Source: a virus (lineage: Duplodnaviria; Caudoviricetes). From it: a stretch of DNA of 53,384 nt. The notes below the pieces were generated by a model that saw only the letters and a program-made list of their open reading frames with translations, was not told where the DNA came from and did no database searches. Position 1 is the first letter of the stretch; each line of letters begins with the position of its first letter. A program made the position numbers and the translations under genes. Location of the stretch: positions 1-53,384 of the IMG/VR virus record IMGVR_UViG_3300030104_001707; one strand, given 5' to 3'. Positions 27,309 through 37,428 of this stretch are shown here, one piece after another.

Positions 27309-29321
27309 ATGGCTACTCCAGGAACTACAAGAATACGAGGAGGATCATATGAAATATTTGATCCTACTTATGGTGACGATGGTGAATTTCGTAGAATGTC
27401 TCTTAAAGAGATTCAGGATGCAGGAATAACTTTACCTGAAAACTTTGGAGGGTTTGGAGAAACTCCCCAAGGAAAGGTAAGAAGTATAGATCCAAATACA
27501 GGTTTGTATGTATTTACAGATCCTCCACCTGATCCTAATGCTCCTCCACCACCTAAAACACCAGAGCAGATAGCACAGGAACAGTTTGATCAGTCTATTT
27601 CATCTTACTTAGATCCTCAAGGCAATATTCGTGAAGACTTAATGGGTGGTGATTTCAACCTTAATGCACAACAGTTAAGAGATTTAAATGCTCAAGGCAA
27701 TACTGCACAGTTAGATGCTGCCCTTGAAAACTTAAAAGGCAGACAGACAGCTAGAGATACTGGATTTTTAGGTGCATTTGATGATCCAACTAAAGTACAG
27801 GCATTCTTAGGAGCGCAGGGTACTAAAGCAGGTAATGTAGATGCTTATGGTCAATTAACTGCTCAAGGCCAACAGGAACAGATGGCAGTTAATCCTCAAT
27901 TAGTACAAGGAACATTTGATCAACAGGCTTACTTGGATGCAAATCCAGATGTTGCACAAGCCATCCAAAGAGGAGACTTTACATCTGCTCAACAACATTA
28001 TGATACTTTTGGCAAGTTTGAGGGAAGAGGCGAACCTAAAAAAGGCGGTACTGAATTTAAACCTATACTGCAAACTGTTCAACCTGAAGAATTAATGGAC
28101 CCTGCTAGATATCAGGTAGATCCTAGAGGTATTGTAGCTCCTACTTCAACAGTTCAAAATGTGCAGACAGGTGTAGCTCAACCTAAAGTAGATGCTAGAA
28201 CAACTGTAGCTGCAACATCTTTACCTCAAGTACAGGAACAAGAGATAACAGCAGCTAGACAAGCTGATCTAAGAGATTTAGTATCTGCACAGGAAGAACA
28301 GGTAGCAGTAGAGTCTACAGTACAGGGTCAGATTGCTAGTCTTACTTCTCAGTTTGATGGTGGTGAGATACCATCATGGGCTGCACCATCAATACGATTA
28401 GCAGAACAAAGGTTAGCTGCACGAGGTATGGGTGCATCAAGTATGGCAGGAGCATCTATAGTACAGGCTGCTATGGAAGCTGCTACTCCTATAGCTGCTG
28501 CTGATGCTCAGACGTTTGCTAGATTTCAACAAGCTAATTTAAATAACAGACAACAAGCAGAAGTTTTAAATGCACAACAAACCTTACAATTAGATTTAGC
28601 TAATTTAAATAATCAGCAACAGGCAAACGTATTAAACTCACAGCAAAGAGTACAGGCTATATTTAATGATCAGGCAGCAGTAAACTCATCCAGACAGTTT
28701 AACGCGAAGAACGAACAGCAGAATGATCAGTTCTTTGCATCTATGTTTAATGAGACAAGTAAGTTTAATGCACAACAGCAGAATGCAATATCACAGTTTA
28801 ACGCTGGTCAAGAAAACACTATGTCTCAGTTTAATGCTACACTAGAAAATCAAAGAGAGCAGTTTAATACTAAGAATAGTATTCTCATAGATCAGTCTAA
28901 TACTGTATGGCGTAGACAGATAAACACACAAAACACTGCTCTACAGAATGCAGCCAATCAGATGAATGTTATGAATAGATTTAACATGAGCCAGACTGCA
29001 TTAAACAATCGTTGGCAACAGTTTAGAGACAACGAGTTTTGGGCTAGAACAACAGCTAGAGATAATGACCAGTATGCTAAGAAGGTTGCGTATGCATCAT
29101 TTATATATAATAAAAATGCTGACAATGCTTTTGCAAGTAAGGTTGGTGCTTTAGCTTTTGATGTTGTATCTGGTTTAGGTCAAGAGTTTGGCGGTGATTT
29201 AGTAGATGGTGTTAGGGATTTCTTTGGTGGTACTAGTGATCCAATAATTGATACCGATCCTTTTGGTTTCGCACAGGATTTTGGTGGTGTAGGTGGTGGA
29301 AACGAATTAGATTTAGTTTAA
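27309..29321 (+). CDS. Putative internal virion (ejection) protein with NLNNxQQA/QFNA repeats
   Basis: PSWA, ARGMGASSMAG, PIAAADA and Q/N-rich helical repeats. Confidence 0.8.
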   Translation: MATPGTTRIRGGSYEIFDPTYGDDGEFRRMSLKEIQDAGITLPENFGGFGETPQGKVRSIDPNTGLYVFTDPPPDPNAPPPPKTPEQIAQEQFDQSISSYLDPQGNIREDLMGGDFNLNAQQLRDLNAQGNTAQLDAALENLKGRQTARDTGFLGAFDDPTKVQAFLGAQGTKAGNVDAYGQLTAQGQQEQMAVNPQLVQGTFDQQAYLDANPDVAQAIQRGDFTSAQQHYDTFGKFEGRGEPKKGGTEFKPILQTVQPEELMDPARYQVDPRGIVAPTSTVQNVQTGVAQPKVDARTTVAATSLPQVQEQEITAARQADLRDLVSAQEEQVAVESTVQGQIASLTSQFDGGEIPSWAAPSIRLAEQRLAARGMGASSMAGASIVQAAMEAATPIAAADAQTFARFQQANLNNRQQAEVLNAQQTLQLDLANLNNQQQANVLNSQQRVQAIFNDQAAVNSSRQFNAKNEQQNDQFFASMFNETSKFNAQQQNAISQFNAGQENTMSQFNATLENQREQFNTKNSILIDQSNTVWRRQINTQNTALQNAANQMNVMNRFNMSQTALNNRWQQFRDNEFWARTTARDNDQYAKKVAYASFIYNKNADNAFASKVGALAFDVVSGLGQEFGGDLVDGVRDFFGGTSDPIIDTDPFGFAQDFGGVGGGNELDLV

Positions 29322-29335
29322 TTAGGAGACAATAG

Positions 29336-29656
29336 ATGGTAGCTGATCCGACAAGTATGGCAGTAACTCTAGGCTTTAAAGCACTAGGTAAAATATTTGG
29401 CAGTAAAGGTCAAAAAAAAACTACACCAGAGGATATGGCTAAAGCTGGAATAGCTCAAGAGGGTTATAGAACACCTGCCAAAATATCCATAAGTAAACCA
29501 GATACAGGTAGATTAGCTAAATCTGATGCCAGTGCAGAAATGTATGATTACTATAGAATGGTTGCAACAGCTAAACTCGTAGCAGATAGACTAGATCCAG
29601 AAAAAGGTACGCAAGTGGGTGAGTACGGTGCTATTAAGCAGGGTTCGATAACGTAG
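29336..29656 (+). CDS. Hypothetical virion-module protein (106 aa)
   Basis: AGGAG RBS; in operon. Confidence 0.7.
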   Translation: MVADPTSMAVTLGFKALGKIFGSKGQKKTTPEDMAKAGIAQEGYRTPAKISISKPDTGRLAKSDASAEMYDYYRMVATAKLVADRLDPEKGTQVGEYGAIKQGSIT

Positions 29657-29669
29657 GAGGTAGTAGAAT

Positions 29670-30158
29670 ATGTTAAATGAATTTTTAGGGGATGGGCCTA
29701 TTCCAGGATCTTCTTTTGTTGAAGAAGTTGGTACTGCTAAATGGCAGAAACCTCCGAAAATATCCTTACCTACTGAAGCTTTTCAACATTTTATAGATGT
29801 ATTGGCTAAAGAAGATAACTATGAAAAAATAGTATTTTGTATGGATGAAGGATTACCTATAGAAGGTATTACTAATACTATAGTTAATAACATGACTGCT
29901 AGTGGTCTTATTAGTTATGACGTAGCTCTTTTAATAACGCCCGAAATAGGTAGAGTACTTGAAGCTGTAGCTAAAAAAGCAGAAATAGATTATGTTATGG
30001 CTATTCCTCGTAAGGTAGATACTAGCTTTGTTGAAGCCCAGATTAAAAAGATTGAAGAAGAAGAGGGTCTTGCTCCATCCGATTCAGAAGAAGAACCTGA
30101 AAAGGAAGAGGTAGAAGATAAGGAAGAACCAAAGCGTAAAGGTTTGATGGGAGCGTAG
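29670..30158 (+). CDS. Conserved hypothetical virion-module protein
   Basis: DGPIPGSS...WQKPP, DVALLITP, C-terminal KGLM; AGGAGG RBS. Confidence 0.8.
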   Translation: MLNEFLGDGPIPGSSFVEEVGTAKWQKPPKISLPTEAFQHFIDVLAKEDNYEKIVFCMDEGLPIEGITNTIVNNMTASGLISYDVALLITPEIGRVLEAVAKKAEIDYVMAIPRKVDTSFVEAQIKKIEEEEGLAPSDSEEEPEKEEVEDKEEPKRKGLMGA

Positions 30159-30159
30159 T

Positions 30160-31548
30160 ATGTCATTTTTCAAAAGGGCGGTAGTAGGAGCATTAGAGCG
30201 TAGAGAAGAAGTAAGAGATGCTAATCAACTTAAATACGAAGCAGATGTAACTGCTGGTATAACTAAATTAAACGAAGCTGAGAAAGAAATGAAGAAGAAC
30301 AATTTAATTGTTCGTAATAGAAAAAAATTAATAACTCCTATAGGTATGAATGTATTTAACGAAACAGGTTATAAATTTAGTGAGCCAGTGCTTTTAAATG
30401 TGCTTATGTCATCTAAAGGTGATGCGGATCTGGCAACAGATACTTTAGTTAGAATGGCAAAAAGTAGAACTCCTGATACCACAACTACGGTAACAGACGG
30501 TATGGAAGGATTTACTCAAGAATCAGCCTCTACAAGAGATTTAAGCGATATGTCTGGAGATACAACTAGAGCATTGCAGGATGCATCTAGTATGATCAGC
30601 ACTACAAGTACTCAGTTACCATCGCAACAAAAAGCATTAATTACCACAAAAGAAAATGAAAGAACACAAAGGTATGGTGGTGGTTTTGCTGGTAATATCT
30701 TGAATACTTTACTTGGGGGAGTATCTGGGCCTTCTGTACGAGAGGCGGTAAAAGAAAGATATTCTTCTATGTTTAGAACACCTGAAGAAGGTGAACAGGC
30801 ATATACTGATGCTATGAATTATATGGAAGAAGTAAGGGATAAAGGAGAGGCATCGACTGTTCCTGACTTACCTCCCAATATGTTAGCAGACATTCAAAGA
30901 GAAACTCGTAAAGCTAAAAAATATGAAACATTTGAAAAAAATCTTGTAACAGAAGTTCCTAGACAATTAAATGATTTAAAAAATCTAATTATAAATAAAA
31001 ATCCTGATCGATTACAACAACTAGCAGCAATGGTTAATAAGTCTTCCCTAAGTAACAGTGACTTAGCAGGTTTACCTGAAACCATACAAAGACAAGTAAA
31101 AGAATTTATGAAAATAAAAGAGGAAACTATAAGGGGTTCTACATCTATTTTTAATAATACAAATGTAAATAGTGCAGTTTCTGCAACACAACAATTTTTA
31201 AATACTCCAATAGGTGCAGATGGAAAAACACAACTGGATATTTTTCAGGAAAGAATGATTGGAGGTACAAACAAACGGTCTTCAAAACCTATAACAAGTA
31301 AACCAAATGCTAAAAAGATAAAGTCTTCTGTTCCTACTGTAGATTTATCTGAAGGAACTAAACTATCTTTTGAACAACTTATGAACTTAGCAAATACAGA
31401 TGACAGAGAAGCATTTATAAAAAAATACAGAAAACAAGCAAAAACAATAAGAGATCCTAATAGTAATACTTTAGCTCATCTTTACGTTATAGAAGGAAAC
31501 AGGTATGTTGTTTCTTCTAATTTTGATACCATTAGAAAAATAAAGTAA
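30160..31548 (+). CDS. Putative internal virion protein (462 aa)
   Basis: Long helical ORF in the ejection-protein position. Confidence 0.7.
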   Translation: MSFFKRAVVGALERREEVRDANQLKYEADVTAGITKLNEAEKEMKKNNLIVRNRKKLITPIGMNVFNETGYKFSEPVLLNVLMSSKGDADLATDTLVRMAKSRTPDTTTTVTDGMEGFTQESASTRDLSDMSGDTTRALQDASSMISTTSTQLPSQQKALITTKENERTQRYGGGFAGNILNTLLGGVSGPSVREAVKERYSSMFRTPEEGEQAYTDAMNYMEEVRDKGEASTVPDLPPNMLADIQRETRKAKKYETFEKNLVTEVPRQLNDLKNLIINKNPDRLQQLAAMVNKSSLSNSDLAGLPETIQRQVKEFMKIKEETIRGSTSIFNNTNVNSAVSATQQFLNTPIGADGKTQLDIFQERMIGGTNKRSSKPITSKPNAKKIKSSVPTVDLSEGTKLSFEQLMNLANTDDREAFIKKYRKQAKTIRDPNSNTLAHLYVIEGNRYVVSSNFDTIRKIK

Positions 31549-31567
31549 TTAAAGAAAGCATATACAC

Positions 31568-34500
31568 ATGAAAAATTCTATGGATAATCTTAGCTATGAA
31601 AAACTTTTAGAAAACAAAGAGTTTTTAAATAATACTCGTAATGTATTATACGATAGTTTTGGCGAAGACCATGTTCTAAGTACGGATGAAGAAATTTTAG
31701 ACGCTTTTTATGAAAATTTTAGAGAGGTAGATACTAACACGGTTGATGCATATCAACTTTGGAGTGCTACAAATGGTGATCTTAACGATACTCAAAAAGA
31801 CGAATTAAGACAATCATACGAAGTATATCGCGCATTACCTAGTTTTTGGGAAGATGATTCTGCTTCTAATGTTCAGGCATTTTGGGATTATGCCTCTGCT
31901 ATTTTTACTGATCCTGCCACATATTTAGGAATAGCTACTGGTGGTATTGCTAGTGTTGCAACAAAAGCATCTGCATATGGTGCGATAAGAGCAGGTCTAC
32001 AAACATCCTTACAAGCAGGTCGTAAAGCTACTCTTAACTCTGCTATGGCAGGTGTTGCTACAGATACCGTAGCTAGTGTTTTAACAGATGCAGAAATACA
32101 AGGCGTAGAACGAAGAATAAATTATAGAGAAGATGGCTATGATTTTTCTCAAGCAGGATTAGCTGCTGCCGCTGCTATTGTTCCTGGAGCAGCTATAGGT
32201 CTTACAGGTAGAGCGTTAAAAGGTTTAAGTAAATCTGATACTATGATGCAAAATGTAGCAGAAGGTAAAAGAATTTATTTAGAAAATTCAGAAGCAGGTA
32301 AAGCATTTCTTGATGGTAAAGTAGTTGAGGGTAGTTTTGTTCAAGTTAATGATAAAAACATATTAAAAGGTGATGCAGTAGACCGTATGGCTTATGTAGA
32401 TAGTATTAATACAGATAAAAATACCTATACTGTTAATGTAGGTTTTGATGAGTTAGGTGATGCTATAACTAAAGAAGTAAATATGGATAAAGTAAAATTA
32501 GTTGATCCTTTTGATACTAAAGTTACTAGAAAAATAGAAAGACAAATTCAAGGTGCTGCTAAAATATATAACACTGAAAGAGCGCAATTAGGTTATAAAG
32601 ATTTTCAAAAAGAAATGAAAGAGGTTTTGGAAGCAAGAGGAGTTACTAAAAAACAATTAGAAGAGTTAGATGAAGGCGTTGAATTTGTCTTATCAGAATC
32701 CGCAGTAAAAAAAGTACATGGAGCATTTTTAGATATTATGCAGGATTCTGGTATATCTTATAATCCTAATAAAGCAATATCCGTTATGGTAGAAGATGTC
32801 CTTGCTAGTAACCCTAAAGGATTTGGTACAGATGATTTTGTAAGAATACTGGATTCTCATGGTGTTAGTAACATAGAGATGTTAGGCGTAATGATGGGTG
32901 AAACATTATCAAAAGCCTATAGAGGTACAGTATATAAGTCTGCATCTACATTAGGTAAATTAAGTGGATTAAGTAAAAAAGCAAGAAAACTAGCTATAGA
33001 AAAAGAGTTAGATGTAACTTTTGGAGGAAACTTTCAAAAACTTACAGGTGGAATGCGTACAGAAGCTCAGTTTAGAGGTATAAAAGACGGTAGGCAATAT
33101 GCCGAAGAGGTATTAGGAACAACTGAACTTAGTAAAGAAACAGAAGCATACTACACTGCTTTACTTGCAGAACGAAACAATATAGATAAGATGGTTAAAT
33201 TATATGGTCCTATTGCACACAGAGGAGATCAATGGAACAGAATGATCCGTTTAGGTATGATTGCTCAACCAGCCACAACTTGTCGTAATATTATGGGTGG
33301 TTTAATTAGATCTCCAATGGATTGTACTACAAGAACTTTTGATAATATATTAACAGTGGCTATGTCAAAAATTACAGGAACTACTATTCGTCCAGTTAAT
33401 CTTTCTGATGGATTTGAACATTTAACTTCTTTGTTATCTCCTCAAGAATATAATGAAATGGCTAAGTTAATAATGTCTAAAAAACCTTTAGCTGCTGACT
33501 TAATAAAAGGCCCAGAAGGTTACTTGCAAACCGCTAAAATAGCTCAGACTATGAATGGAGATAAAGGTGGATTTGTAAATAAAGTATTAGGATATGGATT
33601 TGATCCTCTAGAACGTGGTCTAATTCATGCAAACGTACTAAATAGTGTGCAAGATAAGTATATGAAGTCTCAATCTTTTATTGTAGGATTAAGGCAGTCT
33701 ATGTCAAGAGAAAATTTAGATCTTGATGATTTTATAAGAAATGGTAAAATACAAGATATTGATGATCGTTTTATAGCTGACGGTATGCAATGGGCTTTTG
33801 AATATAACTACCAAGCTAACATACGAGGCGATACAGCTTTAACTAGATTTGCTGTAGAAACAATAAACAAGCTATCTAATGTTCCTTATATAGGATCTGC
33901 ACTAGCACCGTTTCCTAAGTTTATGATAAATAGTATGAAATTTATGTACGAACATTCTATTGTAGGTTTACCTGAATCTATAGCAAAAATGAAAAGAGGG
34001 TTTGGAAAAGAAGGTAATCAGTTTTTACAACAAGAAGGAATAAAAGCTCTTAGTAGACAAGCAAGTGGAGCATCTTTATTATTGATGGCATATGCTATAA
34101 GAACATCTGAACTTGGTGGTGAGCTTTGGCATGATCTTATAGATGATACAGGTAATGCACAAGATATAGGCACTTGGTATCCTTTAGCTCCTGCTTTGTG
34201 GTTTGCTGATGGTATAGTTCAATTTGGCGAACAACTAGACGGAAAAAGCGATATGGGAGATTTTAAAGAGGCTTGGCTTTTAGACACTATGAAAGCATTA
34301 GGTGGTCCTTCCAGTAGATCTGGAATATGGAAAGAAATTGATAAAAATTTTCTAGAAGGGATTATATCTGGAGATGCTAACAGTAAAGAAGAGTTACTAA
34401 ATGGTATGGGTAGAGCTATGGGAACTATACTAGGTGCTTTAGCTACACCATTAAAGCTAGGTTCTGAAGTACTTGCAGAAACGAATGCTTTTGGATTTGA

Positions 34501-35257
34501 TGATATGGCTAGAGTACTACATGATGCTAGAAGTAGTCAGGGATTTAAATCTAATTTTTTAGATGCAATTTTTAAAAATGTTCCTTATGGATATTCGATG
34601 TTAAAAAGTCCTTATAGTGGGGTAAGAAGACAAAAAAATGGTACATTTATATTTGAAGAAAATGTAGAGTATTCCAAAGATATAAAAACAGGACAAACAA
34701 CTGTGCCAAGAACTAGATATTCTGTTCTTAATCCAGAGCCTTTAACTAATGTTTCTCCTTTAGGAAAACAAGTTTCTGGTGCATTTAGAAAAAGAAAAAG
34801 AAACTACATAGAAAAAGAATTTGAAAGACTAGGACTTGCAGAGTGGAGATTATTTAAGAGAACTAACATTCCTGATTACGATAGAGAACTAGCAATGTTG
34901 ACAGGTAACTTTGCAGAAAGAATATTACAGGATGCTATAGTGTCTAAAAAATATTTAGATTATAATGATTCAGGTAAAAGAGATATGATTAAAAGCGTAT
35001 TAAATGATGCAAAAGGTTACGTTGCTAAAGAATTTAATTCTCTTTTTCATTTAGGATTGCTAGGATCATTAGATAAATTACCTAAAACCCCTAGAAATAG
35101 CGGTGTAAGGTGGATGCAAGAAAATGGCTATCTTCCTCAATATGAAAATGAAAGAGCAGAATATATAAGTAACTTTGAACTTACGAAAGATGAAACTGCT
35201 TTACTAGTAGAATTAACTAAAATATATAAATCTAAAAAAGCTAAGAGTAATTTATAA
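31568..35257 (+). CDS. Large internal virion protein (1229 aa; T7 gp16-like position)
   Basis: Largest ORF; DPATYLG hydrophobic segment, PFPKFMINSMKFMYEHS; last structural gene. Confidence 0.75.
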   Translation: MKNSMDNLSYEKLLENKEFLNNTRNVLYDSFGEDHVLSTDEEILDAFYENFREVDTNTVDAYQLWSATNGDLNDTQKDELRQSYEVYRALPSFWEDDSASNVQAFWDYASAIFTDPATYLGIATGGIASVATKASAYGAIRAGLQTSLQAGRKATLNSAMAGVATDTVASVLTDAEIQGVERRINYREDGYDFSQAGLAAAAAIVPGAAIGLTGRALKGLSKSDTMMQNVAEGKRIYLENSEAGKAFLDGKVVEGSFVQVNDKNILKGDAVDRMAYVDSINTDKNTYTVNVGFDELGDAITKEVNMDKVKLVDPFDTKVTRKIERQIQGAAKIYNTERAQLGYKDFQKEMKEVLEARGVTKKQLEELDEGVEFVLSESAVKKVHGAFLDIMQDSGISYNPNKAISVMVEDVLASNPKGFGTDDFVRILDSHGVSNIEMLGVMMGETLSKAYRGTVYKSASTLGKLSGLSKKARKLAIEKELDVTFGGNFQKLTGGMRTEAQFRGIKDGRQYAEEVLGTTELSKETEAYYTALLAERNNIDKMVKLYGPIAHRGDQWNRMIRLGMIAQPATTCRNIMGGLIRSPMDCTTRTFDNILTVAMSKITGTTIRPVNLSDGFEHLTSLLSPQEYNEMAKLIMSKKPLAADLIKGPEGYLQTAKIAQTMNGDKGGFVNKVLGYGFDPLERGLIHANVLNSVQDKYMKSQSFIVGLRQSMSRENLDLDDFIRNGKIQDIDDRFIADGMQWAFEYNYQANIRGDTALTRFAVETINKLSNVPYIGSALAPFPKFMINSMKFMYEHSIVGLPESIAKMKRGFGKEGNQFLQQEGIKALSRQASGASLLLMAYAIRTSELGGELWHDLIDDTGNAQDIGTWYPLAPALWFADGIVQFGEQLDGKSDMGDFKEAWLLDTMKALGGPSSRSGIWKEIDKNFLEGIISGDANSKEELLNGMGRAMGTILGALATPLKLGSEVLAETNAFGFDDMARVLHDARSSQGFKSNFLDAIFKNVPYGYSMLKSPYSGVRRQKNGTFIFEENVEYSKDIKTGQTTVPRTRYSVLNPEPLTNVSPLGKQVSGAFRKRKRNYIEKEFERLGLAEWRLFKRTNIPDYDRELAMLTGNFAERILQDAIVSKKYLDYNDSGKRDMIKSVLNDAKGYVAKEFNSLFHLGLLGSLDKLPKTPRNSGVRWMQENGYLPQYENERAEYISNFELTKDETALLVELTKIYKSKKAKSNL

Positions 35258-35580
35258 TGCAATCACTGGACAGTATATCACTGGACCTAACCAATGCCCT
35301 AGTACCCCTCATCGCTATCTTCCTCAGTCTAGGGCTTGGTTTTTTTATAAAAGACCTACTAACAAACTTTATTACTGGTATTAGATTTAAATTTGATGGC
35401 AGTTTTAATGAAGGAGATAAATGCATTGTTGATGGAGACAGGGCAGTGCTAGTTAAAGTAGGAATATATGAGAGCGTATTTGCCATAACTAATGGTAGAG
35501 GCCATGTCTGGAGATATGTTCCTAATGAAAGAATTAAGTTTCTAAAAATAGAAAAGATAATAGAGGAGCCTAAAGAATGA
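35257..35580 (+). CDS. Truncated MscS-family mechanosensitive channel-like protein
   Basis: LGLGFFIKDLLTNFITGI (TM3a/b-like), FNEGDKCIVDG and VPNERI (MscS beta domain). Confidence 0.7.
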   Translation: MQSLDSISLDLTNALVPLIAIFLSLGLGFFIKDLLTNFITGIRFKFDGSFNEGDKCIVDGDRAVLVKVGIYESVFAITNGRGHVWRYVPNERIKFLKIEKIIEEPKE

Positions 35581-36038
35581 TTACAATACTAGGATCATTA
35601 ATAGGTTTTGCAGGATCTGCATTGCCTAAAGTATTTGATATGGTAGATGATTGGCAAGATCGTAAACATGAATTATCTATGATGGATCGCCAGATAGAAG
35701 CATCCAAACTTTCTCATACTCAAAAAATAGAAGCACTTAATATAGAAGCAGACATAAGTGAAAGCAAAGCTCTATATCAGCATGATCGCTCTATGAAATC
35801 TACAGGTTTTATGGCAGGACTAAGAGCCAGTGTTAGACCAGTTATAACGTATTTATTTTTTACATTATTTGCAGTAATAAAAGGAACAGCTTTATATGGT
35901 TTAATCTATACGGATGGTATTGTGTGGGAATTGGCTATACAGACATTGTGGGATGAAGAAACACAAGGCATATTCGCTGCTATTATCTCATTCTGGTTTG
36001 GAAGCCGCGCACTCCAAAGATCTAGGAGCAGTTCGTAA
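35577..36038 (+). CDS. Holin-like membrane protein
   Basis: LRASVRPVITY, two C-terminal TMs, IISFWFGSR, as in 3-TM holin-like phage proteins. Confidence 0.65.
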   Translation: MITILGSLIGFAGSALPKVFDMVDDWQDRKHELSMMDRQIEASKLSHTQKIEALNIEADISESKALYQHDRSMKSTGFMAGLRASVRPVITYLFFTLFAVIKGTALYGLIYTDGIVWELAIQTLWDEETQGIFAAIISFWFGSRALQRSRSSS

Positions 36039-36316
36039 TGTCTATAAAAAAAGGCAGTGAAACATTTTCTGGGTACAACAAACCAAAAAGAACCCCGAAT
36101 CATCCGAAGAAATCCCATGCCGTATTAGCTAGAGAAGGTGGTAAGGAGAAGTTAATACGTTTTGGACAACAGGGTGTTAAAACTGCTGGTAAAAAAAAGA
36201 AAGGTGAGTCAAAAAAACAAACAGCTAGAAGAAAATCCTTTAAGGCTAGACATGGCAAGAATATTGCAAAAGGTAAAATGTCAGCTGCTTATTGGGCTAA
36301 TAGAGTTAAATGGTAG
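36038..36316 (+). CDS. Conserved basic phage protein (92 aa)
   Basis: KLIRFGQQG, RRKSFKARH, SAAYWANRVKW. Confidence 0.8.
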   Translation: MSIKKGSETFSGYNKPKRTPNHPKKSHAVLAREGGKEKLIRFGQQGVKTAGKKKKGESKKQTARRKSFKARHGKNIAKGKMSAAYWANRVKW

Positions 36317-36319
36317 ACT

Positions 36320-36592
36320 GTGGGCTACTACAGAAGATATTATATGCAAGAGGAAACTGAAATGAACGCTATATTAGATAATCTAGGAGGTTGCGGTAAA
36401 GAAAGTATACTTTTAAAAGAAAGGACTAATAATATGGCTGAAGACATGAACGAGTATTTTGATACATATCATAGTGGATCTAAATGCGACAGTTGTATAG
36501 AATGCAATTGTGATCCTTGTGTGTGTAAATGCAGTTGTCATAAAAGTCCATTTGACAAAACAGAAATATTTAAAAATAAAGGAGAACAATAA
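36320..36592 (+). CDS. Small protein with a metallothionein-like Cys cluster (start uncertain)
   Basis: CDSCIECNCDPCVCKCSCH. Confidence 0.55.
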   Translation: MGYYRRYYMQEETEMNAILDNLGGCGKESILLKERTNNMAEDMNEYFDTYHSGSKCDSCIECNCDPCVCKCSCHKSPFDKTEIFKNKGEQ

Positions 36593-36750
36593 TGCCTAAA
36601 TATACAAAAAAAGGTACTAAAATGTACGCAAAAGGTGGAGCTATGGCTAAGAAAAAGGGTACAAAGATGTACGCTAAAGGTGGTGCTATGGCTAAGAAAA
36701 GACCAATGAAGATGATGGCTAGAAAAGGTGGAACAGCTAGACGTAGATAA
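36592..36750 (+). CDS. 52-aa basic peptide MPKYTKKGTKMYAKGGAMAKKKGTKMYAKGGAMAKKRPMKMMARKGGTARRR (not in ORF track)
   Basis: Translated by hand; AAGGAG RBS; TAATG coupling at both ends; internal duplication. Confidence 0.85.
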   Translation: MPKYTKKGTKMYAKGGAMAKKKGTKMYAKGGAMAKKRPMKMMARKGGTARRR

Positions 36751-37427
36751 TGTCTTATTTAATAAGTAACATTCCACACTTTAGTTGTTGGGTGAGAAGG
36801 GAGTTCACTTGTAACCATCAAGATTATCACGGTGACTTCCTTCACGCTATGGTTTTTGCAGTAAACACAATACCTGACAGGTCTTTAAGTTTTCAGATTG
36901 TATTTACTGGTTGTGAAATTGACAGGGAAGATGGACCTGAAGAAAATATTCACGGAGGAGCTATGTGGGCAAGAATGCCAATACAGGCTCTGGTAGCAGA
37001 TATACCGTTTGAGGATTGGCCTGATCCTATGGAAGACCACATATGTCAGCCTTGGGATTGTGAATCTAGACATCATAGCGTAATAGTGATGGATAGAGTT
37101 AGTTCATCACCTTGGTTATGTAAGATAGATGGTGAGTTTTATACTGGTAAATATATGTTTACTGTAGACTATACTGACCATGATATTGCTGATGATCCTG
37201 CACAACACAAACAGTCTCATGTTATCCAGTTAATGGATGCAGGAAAATGGACAGGTAATATAGTAGCACTTCCTAATAATAGAGTTAGAGCAACTAGTCC
37301 TGCCTTGTGGAGAACAGGAGATGGTGTACCAGATTTTACTCCTTCTCAGTGGACACACTCAGCAGAGTCGCATCAATCTTACCTAGATCCTTCTGTAACC
37401 TTTAACAATCTTTACTCAGATAAATAA
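36750..37427 (+). CDS. Conserved marine-phage hypothetical protein (225 aa)
   Basis: SYLISNIP, HGGAMWARMPI, QPWDC, YMFTVDY, HKQSHV, ALPNNRVR motifs. Confidence 0.75.
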   Translation: MSYLISNIPHFSCWVRREFTCNHQDYHGDFLHAMVFAVNTIPDRSLSFQIVFTGCEIDREDGPEENIHGGAMWARMPIQALVADIPFEDWPDPMEDHICQPWDCESRHHSVIVMDRVSSSPWLCKIDGEFYTGKYMFTVDYTDHDIADDPAQHKQSHVIQLMDAGKWTGNIVALPNNRVRATSPALWRTGDGVPDFTPSQWTHSAESHQSYLDPSVTFNNLYSDK

Positions 37428-37428
37428 A

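Noticed and set aside
36750-37427. Rieske-type oxygenase (methanesulfonate monooxygenase alpha-like) auxiliary gene
   Set aside because: No Rieske CxH...CxxH motif and too short; left as a conserved hypothetical
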